Shown here: piece after piece, positions 1 to 14,013 of the stretch
How the letters are laid out: each line of letters opens with the position of its first letter
How positions within the stretch are numbered: position 1 is the first letter of the stretch
Position numbers and translations under genes: made by a program
The notes under the pieces: model-generated
What the model was told of the DNA's origin: nothing
The model's input: only the letters and a program-made list of their open reading frames with translations
Databases searched by the model: none
From: Octopus bimaculoides
Lineage: Eukaryota
Length of the DNA stretch: 64,000 nucleotides
Direction of reading: 5' to 3'
Assembly (NCBI RefSeq): GCF_001194135.2
Contig: NC_069010.1
Coordinates: forward strand, 8,304,618 to 8,368,617

Positions 1-410
1 GATAAGCAAAGTTTACCTCAGTGGAATTTGAGCCCTATAAAGGGTCACGGCAATTCCTTTCCTTTCTGACTAAAACATTAAAAAGAAAATCCAAAAATGG
101 TATTTCAGGCAGCGACCAGTACACATAAGACAGTAGATGTGGTTTAAGGGTTATATGGCTGCTATTTCTAACCAGCTTGTCCAACCATGTCAGTTCAGGT
201 GAAGGTATTCTTACAGTCAACACCAGTTTTCTTGAATGCTTCTTAGTGTAACCCTGGGTGAACGGGCATTCATATTGATCTAAGGTCAATCCCATGCATG
301 TAATTTTAACAGATGTCCATGACAACAACACAATGTCCATTAGTCATGTAATTTATTGTGATTCACTTCCCAAAATGGTTGTGGTGTGTCGTAGATAATA
401 AATTAATTTC

Positions 411-1138
411 TTAACCCTGTTTTATACTAACCTGCTTTAGACTGCCACTAGTTTTGTGATACAAACTTTTTTTGAAGTGATTCAAATAAAAGCCTATTTA
501 TTTTTCCAAGCATCAGCTTAATAACAACACAGTTAATGTTTTAAATTCTTGGTTATTTTCAAAATTAATTGAAACAAAGCTAATGATATATCCACTGACA
601 TCTTAATCATATGATTAAGCTTATAAATCTTTGTCCCGTTTGTCTTAACCATGTAGCAATTAAACCAGCTTTATTCAGCCAAAATATTGTATTCGTTTGA
701 TGTTCAAACTGGCCAAATCTGGTCTCTCACACTTCCCCTACAATGTCATACTAAAACTAAACCGTCACATCATCAAAATCTCAGCGCTAAAAGATGATGC
801 AGGATGGACTCAAAACAATGTGAAGAAACAAGCATTACATTTGACGAGCAATTTGAAAGCTAAAGGGATAAACCTTTTTGATATCAACCCATTTGAGACC
901 ACCTCTCCTGGTTCTGGGACACAGATTTCCTTAATAAAATAATTTATTAAGCTGGTGTGTGGGACATGAAATTAACATGAAATATTAATTGAAGGATTTT
1001 TGATCACCATAAGTCCCGGGTTTGGATCAAAAAGATTAATCTATGTTCCAAACACTCTTATTTTACTAAATCCATTATAAACATTAACTGAAAGAACAAC
1101 GGCATAATACAACAGAAATACAGTAATAAAAGGGTTAA
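411..1138. mobile_element. Cluster of TTAA-ended MITEs: F-like 411-600, E(-) 645-871, F 868-1138
   Basis: TTAACCC starts at 411 and 645 (TTAACCAT), AAAGGGTTAA ends at 1138. Family F also occurs at 26800-27000. Confidence 0.6.
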
Positions 1139-2899
1139 ATTAACTAATAACCGTTTTATAGCTAAATGTTGCTTTCTGTTTTTTTTTTTGTTTGTTTTTT
1201 TTTTCCTTTTGGATTCATGCCAATATGACTACTGATGCTACACATGTTGATATTAGAGTTACACAAAGATGAAGCAAAATGGACACCTAGGTGAAGGTAG
1301 AGAATGTTGAATGTGTTGTAAACAGGAAGTTACTTCGTTAACTGATACAATCTAATGACAACAAGAGCACTCAGAGAGCACAAACCTCTGCCATGGCAAC
1401 ACCAACGTCCTCTCCTCTCAACGATTAGCCGGAGATGATGTTTAAAATGAGAATATCTGAAATAAACTTGACTGCTCTCACAAACAAGAACACTAAAAAT
1501 GAACCTGACTGCCCTCAAAAATTAAGTTTAAAAAAAAAAAAACAGGAAAAATAATCCAGAATCCCTGTCTGGTACCGGATCGATCCCTAAATCTAATCCG
1601 TTTGTGCCAATCGCGAGGCCAAACATCCCCGAAAGTTTTATCTCAATCCATCCAGCGGTTCTTAAAATATCTTGTCCACGGACAAACAAACAAATGTAAC
1701 TGAAAACAATACAGTAGAAATTGATAGAATCCCCCCTAATTCCGTCATCATATACTCCCAATTAATAGTTCCATAATAGTAATTAATTATAAAATAATAT
1801 ATTACATTACCTACCATTAATTACAATATTCATTTTCATATCAATACATAATTACATTGAAAGTAATTGGCTGCCAATTAATCAGTTATTTGTCGATAAA
1901 GCATCACTGATTAATCGTTAATCAGCCATTTTGCTTATCAGTACTGCATCCTTAGAGTCATTAAACGAGATCTTTTAGCGACCAGCAACACTGATGTTTC
2001 TCACACTTGTTAAACCCGACCCAGTTCCCCTGCCCACACCATACATCCCACCCTCATGTCTTCAAGTCTCTTTTTGTTTTTGAAAAACGCAGTTTCCTCT
2101 TTGTTTACATCACATATTTTGCATTCCTCTTTGATCAGAATACAGTGTGTGTGTGTGTATTTGTGCATTTCTTATGTGAATTTGTGTGCTTTTAGATATT
2201 TGCATATGTTTGTGTGTGTACATGTTTATGCACATTTATATGAGTATATTTTATCTGCATCTCTTTTCTCTCCCTCTGTGTGTATGTTTATATATGTATG
2301 TATATATATATATATAGAGAGAGAGAGAGCCAAGCGTATTTAGGCTGAACAACAACTGTGAGTAGGAAACCGGATTGTTTCTAATCAGTAGGTAGCTGTG
2401 AGCTAATAAACCTTGTTGTTTATACAGTGGCCTTCCTTCCTTCCTTAATATATATTTAATCTCCCCGTGTAGTATTATTATTATTATTATTATTAATAGT
2501 CGTTGTTGTTGTTGTTTTTAATGAGCAACAGATTGGCATAAACAGTAGTGTCAGAGAAAACTTGCCTTGTAGCATTTAATTCTGAATCTTAAAACCCCAC
2601 CGCCACCATCGTAATCATTGTCATCACATCTTATTCCATGCTGGCATGGGTGGGACGAGGTTTACTGAGGAAGCATTCTGCAGTCAGATAGCCTTCCTGT
2701 CAGTAACTCTTGTTTTTCAAATAAGGGGATTTGTTAGGGTTTTCAAACCACAGGAGAATTGTTTGTAGGAGAAGTGAAGTGTTTACTGGGCTTGAATCGG
2801 TGTAAAAACATTGAATGGTTATGGGGGTCAATCTGAATGAAATAGTAATCGAAGGGGTTCATAGATAAAAAAAATTTTTTAATGTTTGAGAACCCCTGG

Positions 2900-3340
2900 G
2901 TTAAATGGTGGAAAGAGGCAGGAATTTGATGATGTGATTGGAATGAAGTGTAGCTAGTGAGGAAGGTGATTGGTATGAGCTCATTAGGGAGAAAGATAGT
3001 TGCTGCAAGGGATGGCATAAATATGAAGGGTTATTTTTCATAGGAGTGACTTTCTTGCTGTGAGATATGGCATGAGGCACAAGGGAGCGAGATAGTTGAT
3101 GTAGGGGACAGCATACTTTGAGGTTGATTGGGGAGAGGTAGTTGGCATAAGAGGCAGCATAAGGTATGAGGGGCAAGATGTGAAACTGCAGTATGGGTTT
3201 TTTCTCTTTTTTTGGAGGGGTCAGGAGCAATGTGGTGGTATGAGTTTTGGTGATAGGGAGGTGGGTGGTATGAAGGGTAGCATATCGTATAATCTTTTTA
3301 GGGAGAGAGATAGTTTCTGTGAGACATGGTCAGTGGAAAA
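2900..3340 (-). mobile_element. Possible decayed Penelope-like element fragment
   Basis: Weak match: LIPITFLTSY..HHQIPASFHHL resembles the Penelope RT-endonuclease linker (IPLVxTYHP..FHxL). Confidence 0.28.
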
Positions 3341-3574
3341 CCTGGCAGTGTAGTTTATATTAACCATTTACTTCCAGCTTTGGCAATCTGATAACCACTC
3401 TGTTCACACTTTATTATGAAAACAAATGATTAATTCACAGCATCCATGTTTATAATTTGTTTTTAAAAATATCCTCCATTCTTGCCCTTGTGGCAAAAAT
3501 ATTGTTTTTGTTATTTAGTTGTGATTGTGTGTGTATTATATTCTATTTTCTGTTTTTTTTTTTCTTCTTCACAG

Positions 3575-3622
3575 ATGGAGGGGATCTCCACAAAATGATT
3601 CATGGGGTTTGCCCCCTCCAAG
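3575..3622 (+). CDS. ATXN2: Ataxin-2 candidate N-terminal exon (WRGSPQNDSWGLPPP-R), phase 2-2
   Basis: Long T-rich acceptor ending cttcacag, donor AG|gtattt, 48 nt, open in the frame required by the next exon. No recognisable homology. Confidence 0.6.
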
Positions 3623-4831
3623 GTATTTATCCAAAACATTTAATTTTCTATCTACTCTTGTGTGCATCTCTTGAGAATCTTTCCAGTTAATCTCTGTTCT
3701 TGCATGTGGCCATCCACTACAATGGTATTTGCTATAGTATGTGTGTGTGTTAGTTTCTCTTGCTTGATGCGATTCCTATGCTGTAGCTGACAGTAGAGCT
3801 TGGTACAGTCTTCTGACTCACCAGCTCCTGTCAAACTGTCCAACCCATGCCAGCATGGAAAAGCAGGCCTTAAATGATATGTGTGTGTGTGTAGTTTTTT
3901 GTTTTAAGCTATGCTTAATGAGTATTTATAACGCATTTCTGTGTTTAGTATTCATTACATTGAGAGTGTGTGTGTGTATGTATGAGTGTGTATGAGTATG
4001 TACAAATGTGTGTACAAATGTGTGTATGTATGAGTATGTACAAATGTGTGTGTATGAGTATGTACAAGTGTGTGTGTATGGGTGTATGTACAAGTGTGTA
4101 TGGGTGTATGTACAAATGTGTGTATGTATGAGTATGTACAAGTGTGTGTGTGTGTACAAATTGTGTGCATGTACAAATGTGTGAGTGCATGTGCAAATGT
4201 GTGTGTGTGTGTATGCATATATACACACATGCACGCACGCACCCTAGTAAACATCATGGTTAGCTGTTGCTTCTATGTTCACATAAAAGACCCGATTCCT
4301 TTGTCTGCTATACACGTATGCAGATGTGCAGTGCACAGTGGTTTTCCATTTGAAACTGTTCACAGCACAGAAGAAACTCTATATTGTGGACCGTTACACC
4401 AGATGTTATATAAATACAAAAATAAAATGGTTTGTTTACTGAATGCCTATTACTAATGTTTAATAAGATTAATTAGCCAGAACTTGTCTTTGACAAGGTG
4501 CAGGGTTTTCCCTTGTTTTATTTATTGAATTTCTAACGATCTATAATTGTTTTGTTCGATATTTATGTCAACACTGTGATTAGTTAAATATTTTCAATCT
4601 CCAGACGTGATGGGGGGGGGGGGTATTTGGAGGTGTGTTCACCATACCTGGCTAGATTCGCATCAGAGACCTTTGTTTCTCACCTAATTCTGAATAATAG
4701 TGTCCTTATCTATTAATAGCAGCTCCCTCCTACCCTTATATTACTGTTTTTTTGCCGTCCTCTATTTTTAACCCTTTTCATACCATGTTTCTGTTTGAAT
4801 AAACTGCCTTTCTTTCAATTTATTATATTCA

Positions 4832-4876
<45 letters not shown>

Positions 4877-5086
4877 GGCAGTGAGCTGGCAGAATCATTA
4901 GCATACTGGCGAAACGCTTAGCGGTATTTCACCTATTGCTACGTTCTGAGTTCAAATTCCGCTGAAGTCAACTCTGCCTTTTATCCTTTTGGGCGTCGAT
5001 AAATTAAGTACCAGTGAAACACTGGGGGTCAATGTAATCAACTAGTCCCCTCCCCCAAAATTTCGGGCCTTGTTCCTTTAGAAAAG

Positions 5087-5128
<42 letters not shown>

Positions 5129-6618
5129 GCAGTAGCAAGCTGGCAGAATTGTTAGTTATACTAGGCAAAATGCTTAGCAGAATTTTATATCTTTACATTC
5201 TGAGTTCAAATTTCACTGGGGTTGACTTTGCCTTTCATCTTTTCAGGGGTCAATATATTAAGTATCAGTGAAACGCTGGGAGTCGATGTAATCAACTCCT
5301 CCCCAAATTACTGTCCTTGTGGAAAACTTTGAAACCATTATTATTATTACTAAGGCGGTGAGGTGGCTGAATCATTAGTTTGCCAGGCAAAGTGCGGTTG
5401 CTAGTCATGGCACTTCTTCATTTTCTGTTTTGTCAAAGAGACAAATCCGTGTGTGTATACACAAACACACACATTTACATGCTGTAGGCTTCAATGCAGT
5501 TTCTGTCTACCAATTCCACTCAGAAGATGGTGTGTTGTAGCCAATTCAGAGAGAGACAACAAGCTTCACTACATGACCGGTGCTTTATTTTGTTGACCTT
5601 GGCAGGTTTTGAACTCAGAACACAATTTAGCCAAATTACTTTTTTAATCAAAACACTAATTAGATGTAACTATAGTAAATAAAAATAAAAAAAAACTTAT
5701 TTGATGCATGGTGTAGATGTTAAATAGTCACATGTTTTTGGGTGGCTGTTGTTTTTTTAATTATGAAAAGATAGATTGTTTATTAAATGTCTAAAAATAT
5801 CTTGAGTTGAATTTGTTAATTAGATTACAACCATTTTGGCTAATTAAACTCCCACCATCTGTAGGAGTGAAACCATTGAATCCATCAAAACATTTAGATG
5901 TAGATATGTTATATTATAATCAGTTATCTGACTCCAGGAAGGCATTTGAGCTATATTTGTTGAGGTTTAGGTCAGACCTGGTACTCAGTAGCCTCATCAC
6001 ACACACACATACACACGACTGTGTGGTTTACAAGTTCACTTCTCACCTACATGGTTTCAGTCCTACTGCACGGCACCTTGAGAAAGTACTTTCTACCATA
6101 GCACCGGGCCAACCAAAGCCTTGTGAGTGGATTTGGTAGGCTATAATTAATCAAAAGCACCCACTACACTCTCTGAGTGGTTGGCGTTAGGAAGGGCATC
6201 CAGCTGTAGAAACTCTGCCAGATCAGATTGGAGCCTGGTGTAGCCATCCGGTTTCACCAGTCCTCAGTCAAATCGCAACCCATACTAGCATAGAAAGCGG
6301 ACGTTAAACGATTGTGCCGGTGGCACGTGTAAAGACATCCGAGCGAGATCGTTGCCAGTGCCACTGGACTGGCTCTTGTGCGGGTGGCGCATAAAATACA
6401 CCATTTTGAGTGTGGCCGTTGCCAGTACTGCCTGACTGGCCTCCGTGCGGGTGACACGTAAAAGCACCCACTACACTCTCTGAGTGGTTGGCGTTAGGAA
6501 GGGCACCCAGCTGTAGAGACTCTGCCAGATCAGATTGGAGCCTGGTGCAGCCATCTGGTTTCACCAGTCCTCAGTCAAATCGTCCAACCCATGCTAGCAT
6601 GGAAAGAAGACGTTAAAC

Positions 6619-6653
<35 letters not shown>

Positions 6654-9600
6654 GAGGTACTAATATTTTTTGTATTTGGTTTAAGAACCTGAGACTAGTT
6701 CCAATGTCAAGGGCTAAATCATCTGGTGAAGGGACCATCCCCTGCAGCCAGGTCAAGTGGAGACCTACCTATGTACCACCGACATAGATATGTTGGCTGA
6801 GGCTTTGGCCTGGTGGAAATAGATCATTGACAGCTGAATGGAACATTGTTAGTGTCTTGAGTGGTGTTTGCATTGAGGTGACCTTTTGACATTTGACAAC
6901 ACCCTTGACAAACTGAGATATGTTCCAGGAATGTCATAGTCTTTTCTCACTGGCTATGTATAAACTATAGGTGTTTATATAGCACTTTATATAGTCTTGG
7001 GCCAATTAAAAAAGCCTTGTGAGTTCACTTGATAGGAAACTGAAAGAAGTGTGTGTGTGTGTGTTTGGCTGTGTCCTTCTCTTTAAACCTTAAAGTTGCA
7101 AGTGGTGGTCATTTCGTGTCCACAAATTTTCTAATGGCTTTGCACCTTCATATGCCCCTAAAATAAGGCATCCCTTATTTGAAAAGTGGGTAAGGCTTTG
7201 CTACCAGATATTCAACTCTGTGTGTGTGTGTGTCGAAGTTGATTAAAAATCACAATCAGTTTTAGTTTACAGAACTGGATAGTGAGTTAGGAGTAATTAA
7301 AATTTGTTTACATTTTATTGGCTGAGTTTAATTGCATATAAACAGGTCTGTGTTAGTATATTCACACACATGCACTCTCACACTCATACACACACACACA
7401 CTCTCATACACACTCAATCTCTCTCATACACACACACTCTCTCTCTCTCACATACACACACTCATATGCACAGCCCTATAATTAATTACTACATCATCTA
7501 TTTACTTGCCAAATATGTTCCTCAACAACTCCAATGCCAATGTCAGTCACAATTATTTACCATTCACAACAGTTGTATCTTTGTTAGCAACTCTTGTAGC
7601 CAATATCACCACTCAACCCTAGCAACAACAACAACACGAACCAAGCCAGCCAGAAGGCCTCTGTCTTTCTATGATACTGTTTAACTTGTTAGAAATAGCA
7701 GCCAATACCCCTTTCATTTCATGCTCTACCTACCTATATATATATNNNNNNNNNNNNNNNNNNNNNNNNNNNNNNNNNNNNNNNNNNNNNNNNNNNNNAT
7801 AATTAATAATTTTTACCAAGCCCTTCGGTATGTGGTGAAGCAACCTGTTGCTGAACCCTTAATTTTGTTTATAAATATATATATATATCCATATCCATAT
7901 CCACTGGCAGTGTCCCAGCATGGCCACAGCCTTTGGGCTGAGACATAACTTTGTAGTCTAAGTTACACCAAGGTCGACTTTGCCTTTCATCCTTTCAGGG
8001 TCAATTAAATAAGTACCAGTTACGCACTGGAGGTCGATGTGATCGACTTAATCCCTTTCTCTGTCCATGTTTGTCCCCTCTATGTTTAGCCCCGTGTGGG
8101 CAATAAAGAATTAAATATCTCTAGACAAAAAGAAGGGCGGCGGTTGTCAGTGTCGGAAACTGACGATTATAGATCAACCTGGTCAGAACTGTCCTGGGGT
8201 TAAACAACAATGGCGTGACAAACCAATAAATGGTGGCGTTGAACATGGTGGTTCAACTTGCTAGAAATAGAAGTCAAAATCTTTAAATTCTATCCCAACA
8301 TTCTTAAAACATAGAAGGCAGGAAAGGGGTGGTATTAGATAGAGGTAGACTTAGTTTGTACAATGTCTGCCCATTGGTTAGTCGTGGTTGGGGTGTCTTT
8401 GATCATGAGTAAACAGCCTATCTACTGGTATTTGACCTAGTTAGGTTTTGGACTTTGATATAATGTAGCCACTGGGAGTGGTTAATCTCTCCACCACCCC
8501 CTCTCTCTCTCTCTCTCCACCAGCTGTTAATGAATGGTTGAGGTGGCAGTCACCGTTTGCACTCAGTTGAACTCACTCGGAAATATCTCCTCTGTGGAGC
8601 ACGCAGATTAATTTCTTAAAATGAATCGCATTTCTGATGAAATGGCAGTCTTTAAACTCTTTGGCATTCAGATTATTCTATCAAAATGTAATGCTTATCT
8701 ATTCACATTGCTTGGCATTAACTATACATCATCTCACAAACATCAAGGTCTCAGTGGCGTTTTATTTTCATTGTTTTTTTAGAATGACATTGTAGGGTAG
8801 GTGTGAGAGGTTTGGATCTGGTCGGTTTGAACATAAAATAGGCAATATTTGGGCCAGAGATGACCGGATTAAATGCTGAAGGGTTAAGTGTCAACATAGC
8901 TCTGTAGTTAAGGAACTTGCTTCCCAACCACATGACACCTTGTGAGTGGATTTGGTAGGTGGAAACTGAAAGAAGCCTGGTATCTATGCAAATGTGTGTG
9001 TGTTGTGTTCATCATCATTTAGCGTCTGCTTTCCATGTTGGCATGGGTTCGACAATTTGACTGTAACTGGTAAGCTGGAGGGCTGCACCAGGTACAAATC
9101 TGATTTGGCATGATTTGTTACAGCTGGATGCTCTTCCAAACGCCAGTCACTTTACAATGTGGACTGGATGCCTTTTACATGGTATAGTTGGATTGGGAAA
9201 ATCTTTAGTTTTGGTCAGTATCAACATCATCATCCAACCTTTCAGTTGTTACACTGGCCAGATCTGGCCTCTCAAACATACTCTGCAATGTCATTTAAAA
9301 AATAAACAATCACATTATCAAACATGTTGAAGCCATGAGATAATTCCTGACTAATTCAAAACAATGTGAATAATAAATAAGCATTCCATTTGACAGTCCA
9401 CTGTGTGGAGTGGTCGGTGTGAGGAAGGGCCCTGGCCGTAAAACCATGCCAAAACAGACACAAACGTCTGGTGCAGTCTTCTACCTGGCCAGCTCCTGTC
9501 AAACTGTCCAACCCATGCTGGCATGGAAGGTAGACGTTAAGTGATGATGATGGATGCTAAAGGGTTAATGTCAGTTTTCTAGGCTGGCATGGGTTGGATG

Positions 9601-10098
9601 GCTTGATATGAACTGAAAATCTGCAGGGCTACATTCAGCTCCCCCATCATTTCTGCAGCCGGACAATCTTCCTAACACTAAATAGTTTACAGCTTATACT
9701 GGGTGCTGTTGATTTGGTAACACGGGAAGGGCTACTCTGTCATTTGGGTAACATGGACTTACTATCCAGATGGCTGGTTCGGTTATTGTGATCGGGTTTC
9801 CCTTGCCCTGTATTGAAATTATTCTTCAACCTTTGTGTTTTCCAGAGGAAATCCTGCTTCCAACCCGTCAAGAAATCCTGTCGTAAGTAGTGTCTTCTGT
9901 TTTTTCTTTTATTTTCTTTGCAATGTATTGGATTGTTCGAAGATTAAATTTTGGGCTGTTTATCTACCGTAATATCCCACTCATTATCACAAGCAGCCCG
10001 ATCATTAATTTACAATGATTCCAGGCACCAAAGTGTTCTGAAGCTCCAAATATCATGATCATGAGAGAGTTGCCAAGTGGTGGCAGGACACACACACG

Positions 10099-10132
<34 letters not shown>

Positions 10133-10838
10133 TAATCTGGTCCTCACTGAGGAAATGATGAAGGGCTGGGAGTTGTGGCGATTTGCTTGTACTTGATAAG
10201 ACACGTCCGGCTGAGTAAGATCACTGTTTATCCACACGTACAGGAGTGGCCTTTCAGGTGCCAGTGCCACTCAAAAAGCACCCTGTGCACTCGACCAAAC
10301 AATGTTGTTGTTAGATTGGCAAAAGAGATCAACGGGACAAGTACCAGCCTTAAACATAAAGTGCTACAGTCAATTTCTTTGACTAAATCCTCCAAGCTGG
10401 TGACCAAGCATAGCCATTAATCTAATGGCCAAAACTGAAACCGGTCGAAATAAAAGATCAGCTTGTGGGTGTGTATGTTTATATACACACTTTAACATAT
10501 GATATATAAATGCATGTCTGCATACATTTGTTTTTACGGATACATTAAGTCTTATCTATGGATGTGTGTATCGATGTAAGTATTTGCATTTCTGTCGTTG
10601 TATATTAATGTGTTTATATATATTAATGTACGTTTGTATGTGTGTATTTTATTTTTATTTCCTCTTTGGTTTTTAGGATTCATTGAAGTTTGGTAAAATG
10701 AGGCTATCTCCTGATGTGAGTATATTTCCCATCAATTCAACTGCGGCTTCTACCTTCCACATCCCATCGTTTTTCAGTCTATGTAACAATTGGCTTATTT
10801 CTTGAGAAGTAGGAAAAGAAAACTTGGAGCAGCTTGTG

Positions 10839-10869
<31 letters not shown>

Positions 10870-13800
10870 ATTGGTTCCTTGTTATGACATTGCATAATGG
10901 CCCAGTGGTTAGGGCAGCGGATTCGCGGTCATAGGATTGCGGTTTCGATTCCCAGACCGGGCGTTGTGAGTGTTTATTGAGCAAAAAACACCTAAAAGCT
11001 CCACGAGGCTCCGGCAGGGGATGGTGGTGGCGAACCCTGCTGTACTCTTCCACCACAATTTTCTCTCACTCTTTCTTCCTGTTTCTGTTGTGCCTGTAAT
11101 TCAAAGGGGTCAGCCTTGTCACGCTGAATCTTTCCCCCCGAGAACTACGTTAAGGGTACACGTGTCTGCAGAGTGCTCAGCCACTTGCACGTTAATTTCA
11201 CGAGCAGCAGGCTGTTCCGTTGATCGGATCAACTGGAAACCCTCGACGTCGTAAGCGACGGAGTGCCAACAACAACAACATGACATTGCATGATAGACGT
11301 GAATGAGTGTCACTGCCAGCCAGTGATATCCTTCCTTTTCAGTCTTCCATAAAAAAAACATTGCGTGGTCGTTGGAAAATGTTACCTTGGTAACGGAAAC
11401 CGGAGATCTCCAGCCATAGAAAATCTGCCTCGACAAATTCCATTATGCATTTAATGTGGATGAACTATTTCTTGCTACTCCCAAGTTTTTTCTACTTCCT
11501 GCATTTTGCCTATCTCTTCTACTATGGACCATTTTAACATGTAATAAATGTATTCTGTTATCTTTCAGAACGAAGGCGTGTACAATAACAGCCGGTTTAT
11601 TTATGTTGGAGTTTGTTTACTAGTAAGTATACCTTTGTTTGCTAAATAGACCTGTCAGCCTGCTAGAAATAGCAACTAAACTTCTTTCAAATTCCTGTTC
11701 TACTTACCCCCTCCTTTTCATATTACCCATGTGCTCCAACCCATCCCAGGCCCCACCCTAAGCACTATGTATCACTTGTTCCTTCCTTCTGGAATTCCCT
11801 TCCAGTTATGACCATCATGTCTTTTATCCAGACAGCTGGAAATAGCAGCTAACTGTCCCTCAAATCACACCCTGCCATCTTCAATGTATTGTTTATTTTT
11901 TTAGGGTAATCCTGTTAGTATCCAAGTGAAGAATGGAAATGTGTATGAAGGTATTCTACTCACCTTTTCGTATAAGGTAAGTTAATTACTGTTGTTGAAA
12001 TCTGATGGGACAGATTCTGTATATCACTTTTGTTTGCCCAATTTCCTTTCTATACTGTGTATGGAGAGTAGCAGCTTTCGTACTGTGGCCCATCATATTT
12101 CCAAGGTGTATCGCATTTTTCAGAGTAAGTCTGTCACATTTTCACAGGGTCAGATGACGGCCCCTTTTGTAGGGTAACATGGTGGCTGCATTTCGTTCGG
12201 TATGAAGGACAGTGGCATTTCATTATTGTAAGGGTGACACTTAACATCAAGGAGTACCATTTCATTATTGTCGAGTATCATTTAACACCAGAAAGTAACA
12301 TATTTCTTTATTATGGAATATTAAGACTGTTGTTATACCTGTGTACATCCACATATATATATATATATATATCATCATCATCATCGTTTAACGTCCGCTT
12401 TCCATGCTAGCATGGGTTGGACGATTTGACTGAGGACTGGTGAAACCAGATGGCTACACCAGGCTCCAATCTGATTTGGCAGAGTTTCTACAGCTGGATG
12501 CCCTTCCTAACGCCAACCACTCTGAGAGTGTAGCGGATGCTTTTACTTGCCACTCGCACGAAGGCCAGTCAGGCGGTACTGGCAACGGCCATGCTAAAAT
12601 GGTGTATTTTATGTGCCACCTGCACAAGAGCCAGTCCAGGGGCACTGGCAACGATCTCGCTCGAAAGTCCAATATATATATATATAATCTACTTTTGTTT
12701 CTCTCTCCCTCTCTCCATAGACACTATAGCATTGATATCACTTGTATACATATATCTATATAAGCTTACGTGATATACTACACACTCATGTATTTAATTT
12801 CTCTCTCTCTCTCTCTCTCCAGATGGACATTGTGTTGTCAATGGCACATAAAGTTGATGATCGGGTGGCTCCTAACTGTAATTCCGTTATTCCAAATAAG
12901 GAAAACATCATCGATAATCTTATAATAAAGTCTTCAGAAATTGTCAAATTAGAAGCCAAAAATGTAGATTTGGAGTATGCAGTAAAAGGTAAGGCAGTTT
13001 ATCATTCTCTTTTACCTCCTTCTCCTCGGCCTCTCTCGTTAGCCTGATTGTTCATTTAGGCATTTCTTTATTTTCTTTTGCCTAAAACCAGGAATTTTTC
13101 AGCACCACCACCCCTCTCGTATATATATATGCTTGCCTTGCTCCTTCCCTGTTACTCTCAACCACATTTATTTTCATGTGAGTAGCCATGAAGTTCCTCT
13201 ATAGCAAAACAAAAAAAACCTCCTCTGTTCCGGATTCTTCTTTTATACTTTTTTTATCACCTAACATAAAGTCACTTCCCATTTGCACAAGGGCCCACAC
13301 TCACTCGAAAGGGATTGTAGCCTTCTGAGCTGCACAGCAAGCTCCCTGCTGTTAATACCATGTAATAAATTTTACAAAGAACGCTGTAAAGTAGTTGGCA
13401 TCAGGAAAAGTGCCCAACCATAGAAACTATTGGGTCATCCCATAAATAATGCGGCTTTTTTTCAACTAAAGGGCTGAACCTTCTGATCCGTTCTTGGATT
13501 AAAAGCTGATGACATGTGTGTGGATATTTTTCTTTGGTTGTTTTATATATATATATTTTTTTTTTTTTCTGTCTCTTTCCAGATAATTATTCTGAATCTT
13601 CTTCCCGATTTAATGGCCAGTTAGGTGATAAAGACTTGACCCCATGGGAAGGGGACTTAGAAGACGGAAAAATGACCAGTCTCGATAGTGATGCATCTGT
13701 AAGTATTTTTCATGGTTTAAACAATCTGTCTCTGCCTTTGGTGTTCAGAAGTAGTGTATCTAGGACTACACTATCTGTGTTGTTCTCTTCTTTGGTTGGC

Positions 13801-13982
13801 CTTAGGTCAGATCCTGATCCAGCAGACCCATACTCATAATCAAAGGTGGTCCAGCTGTGACCATCCTGTCTTTAGACATCGTATATCATGGACAATAGTA
13901 TCTAATGTGCCCGTACTTGTTGCAATTGCTGTCGAAGAAGCCAGCCTTTGATCAAAACTATTCCAACCATGACCCTCCCATT

Positions 13983-14013
<31 letters not shown>

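Noticed and set aside
1560-1800. Sequence resembling a widespread non-autonomous DNA element (AATCTAATC...ACAAACAAAC)
   Set aside because: Single copy in the window and no identifiable termini; cannot be classified without a search.
2344-2357. Possible 14-nt micro-exon (tttag...gtgagt) upstream of exon 3575
   Set aside because: Weak acceptor context and no independent support.
3926-4456. Overlapping HT/CV/YI-rich ORFs (also at 24838-25172, 43156-43662, 44368-44885, 54498-55166 and 56603-57083)
   Set aside because: These are translations of (CA)n/(TA)n microsatellites, open in several frames on both strands.
6314-6470. Regularly spaced repeats of about 25 bp resembling a CRISPR array
   Set aside because: Eukaryotic context, the spacers are mutually similar, there are no cas genes, and the units are part of dispersed family D.
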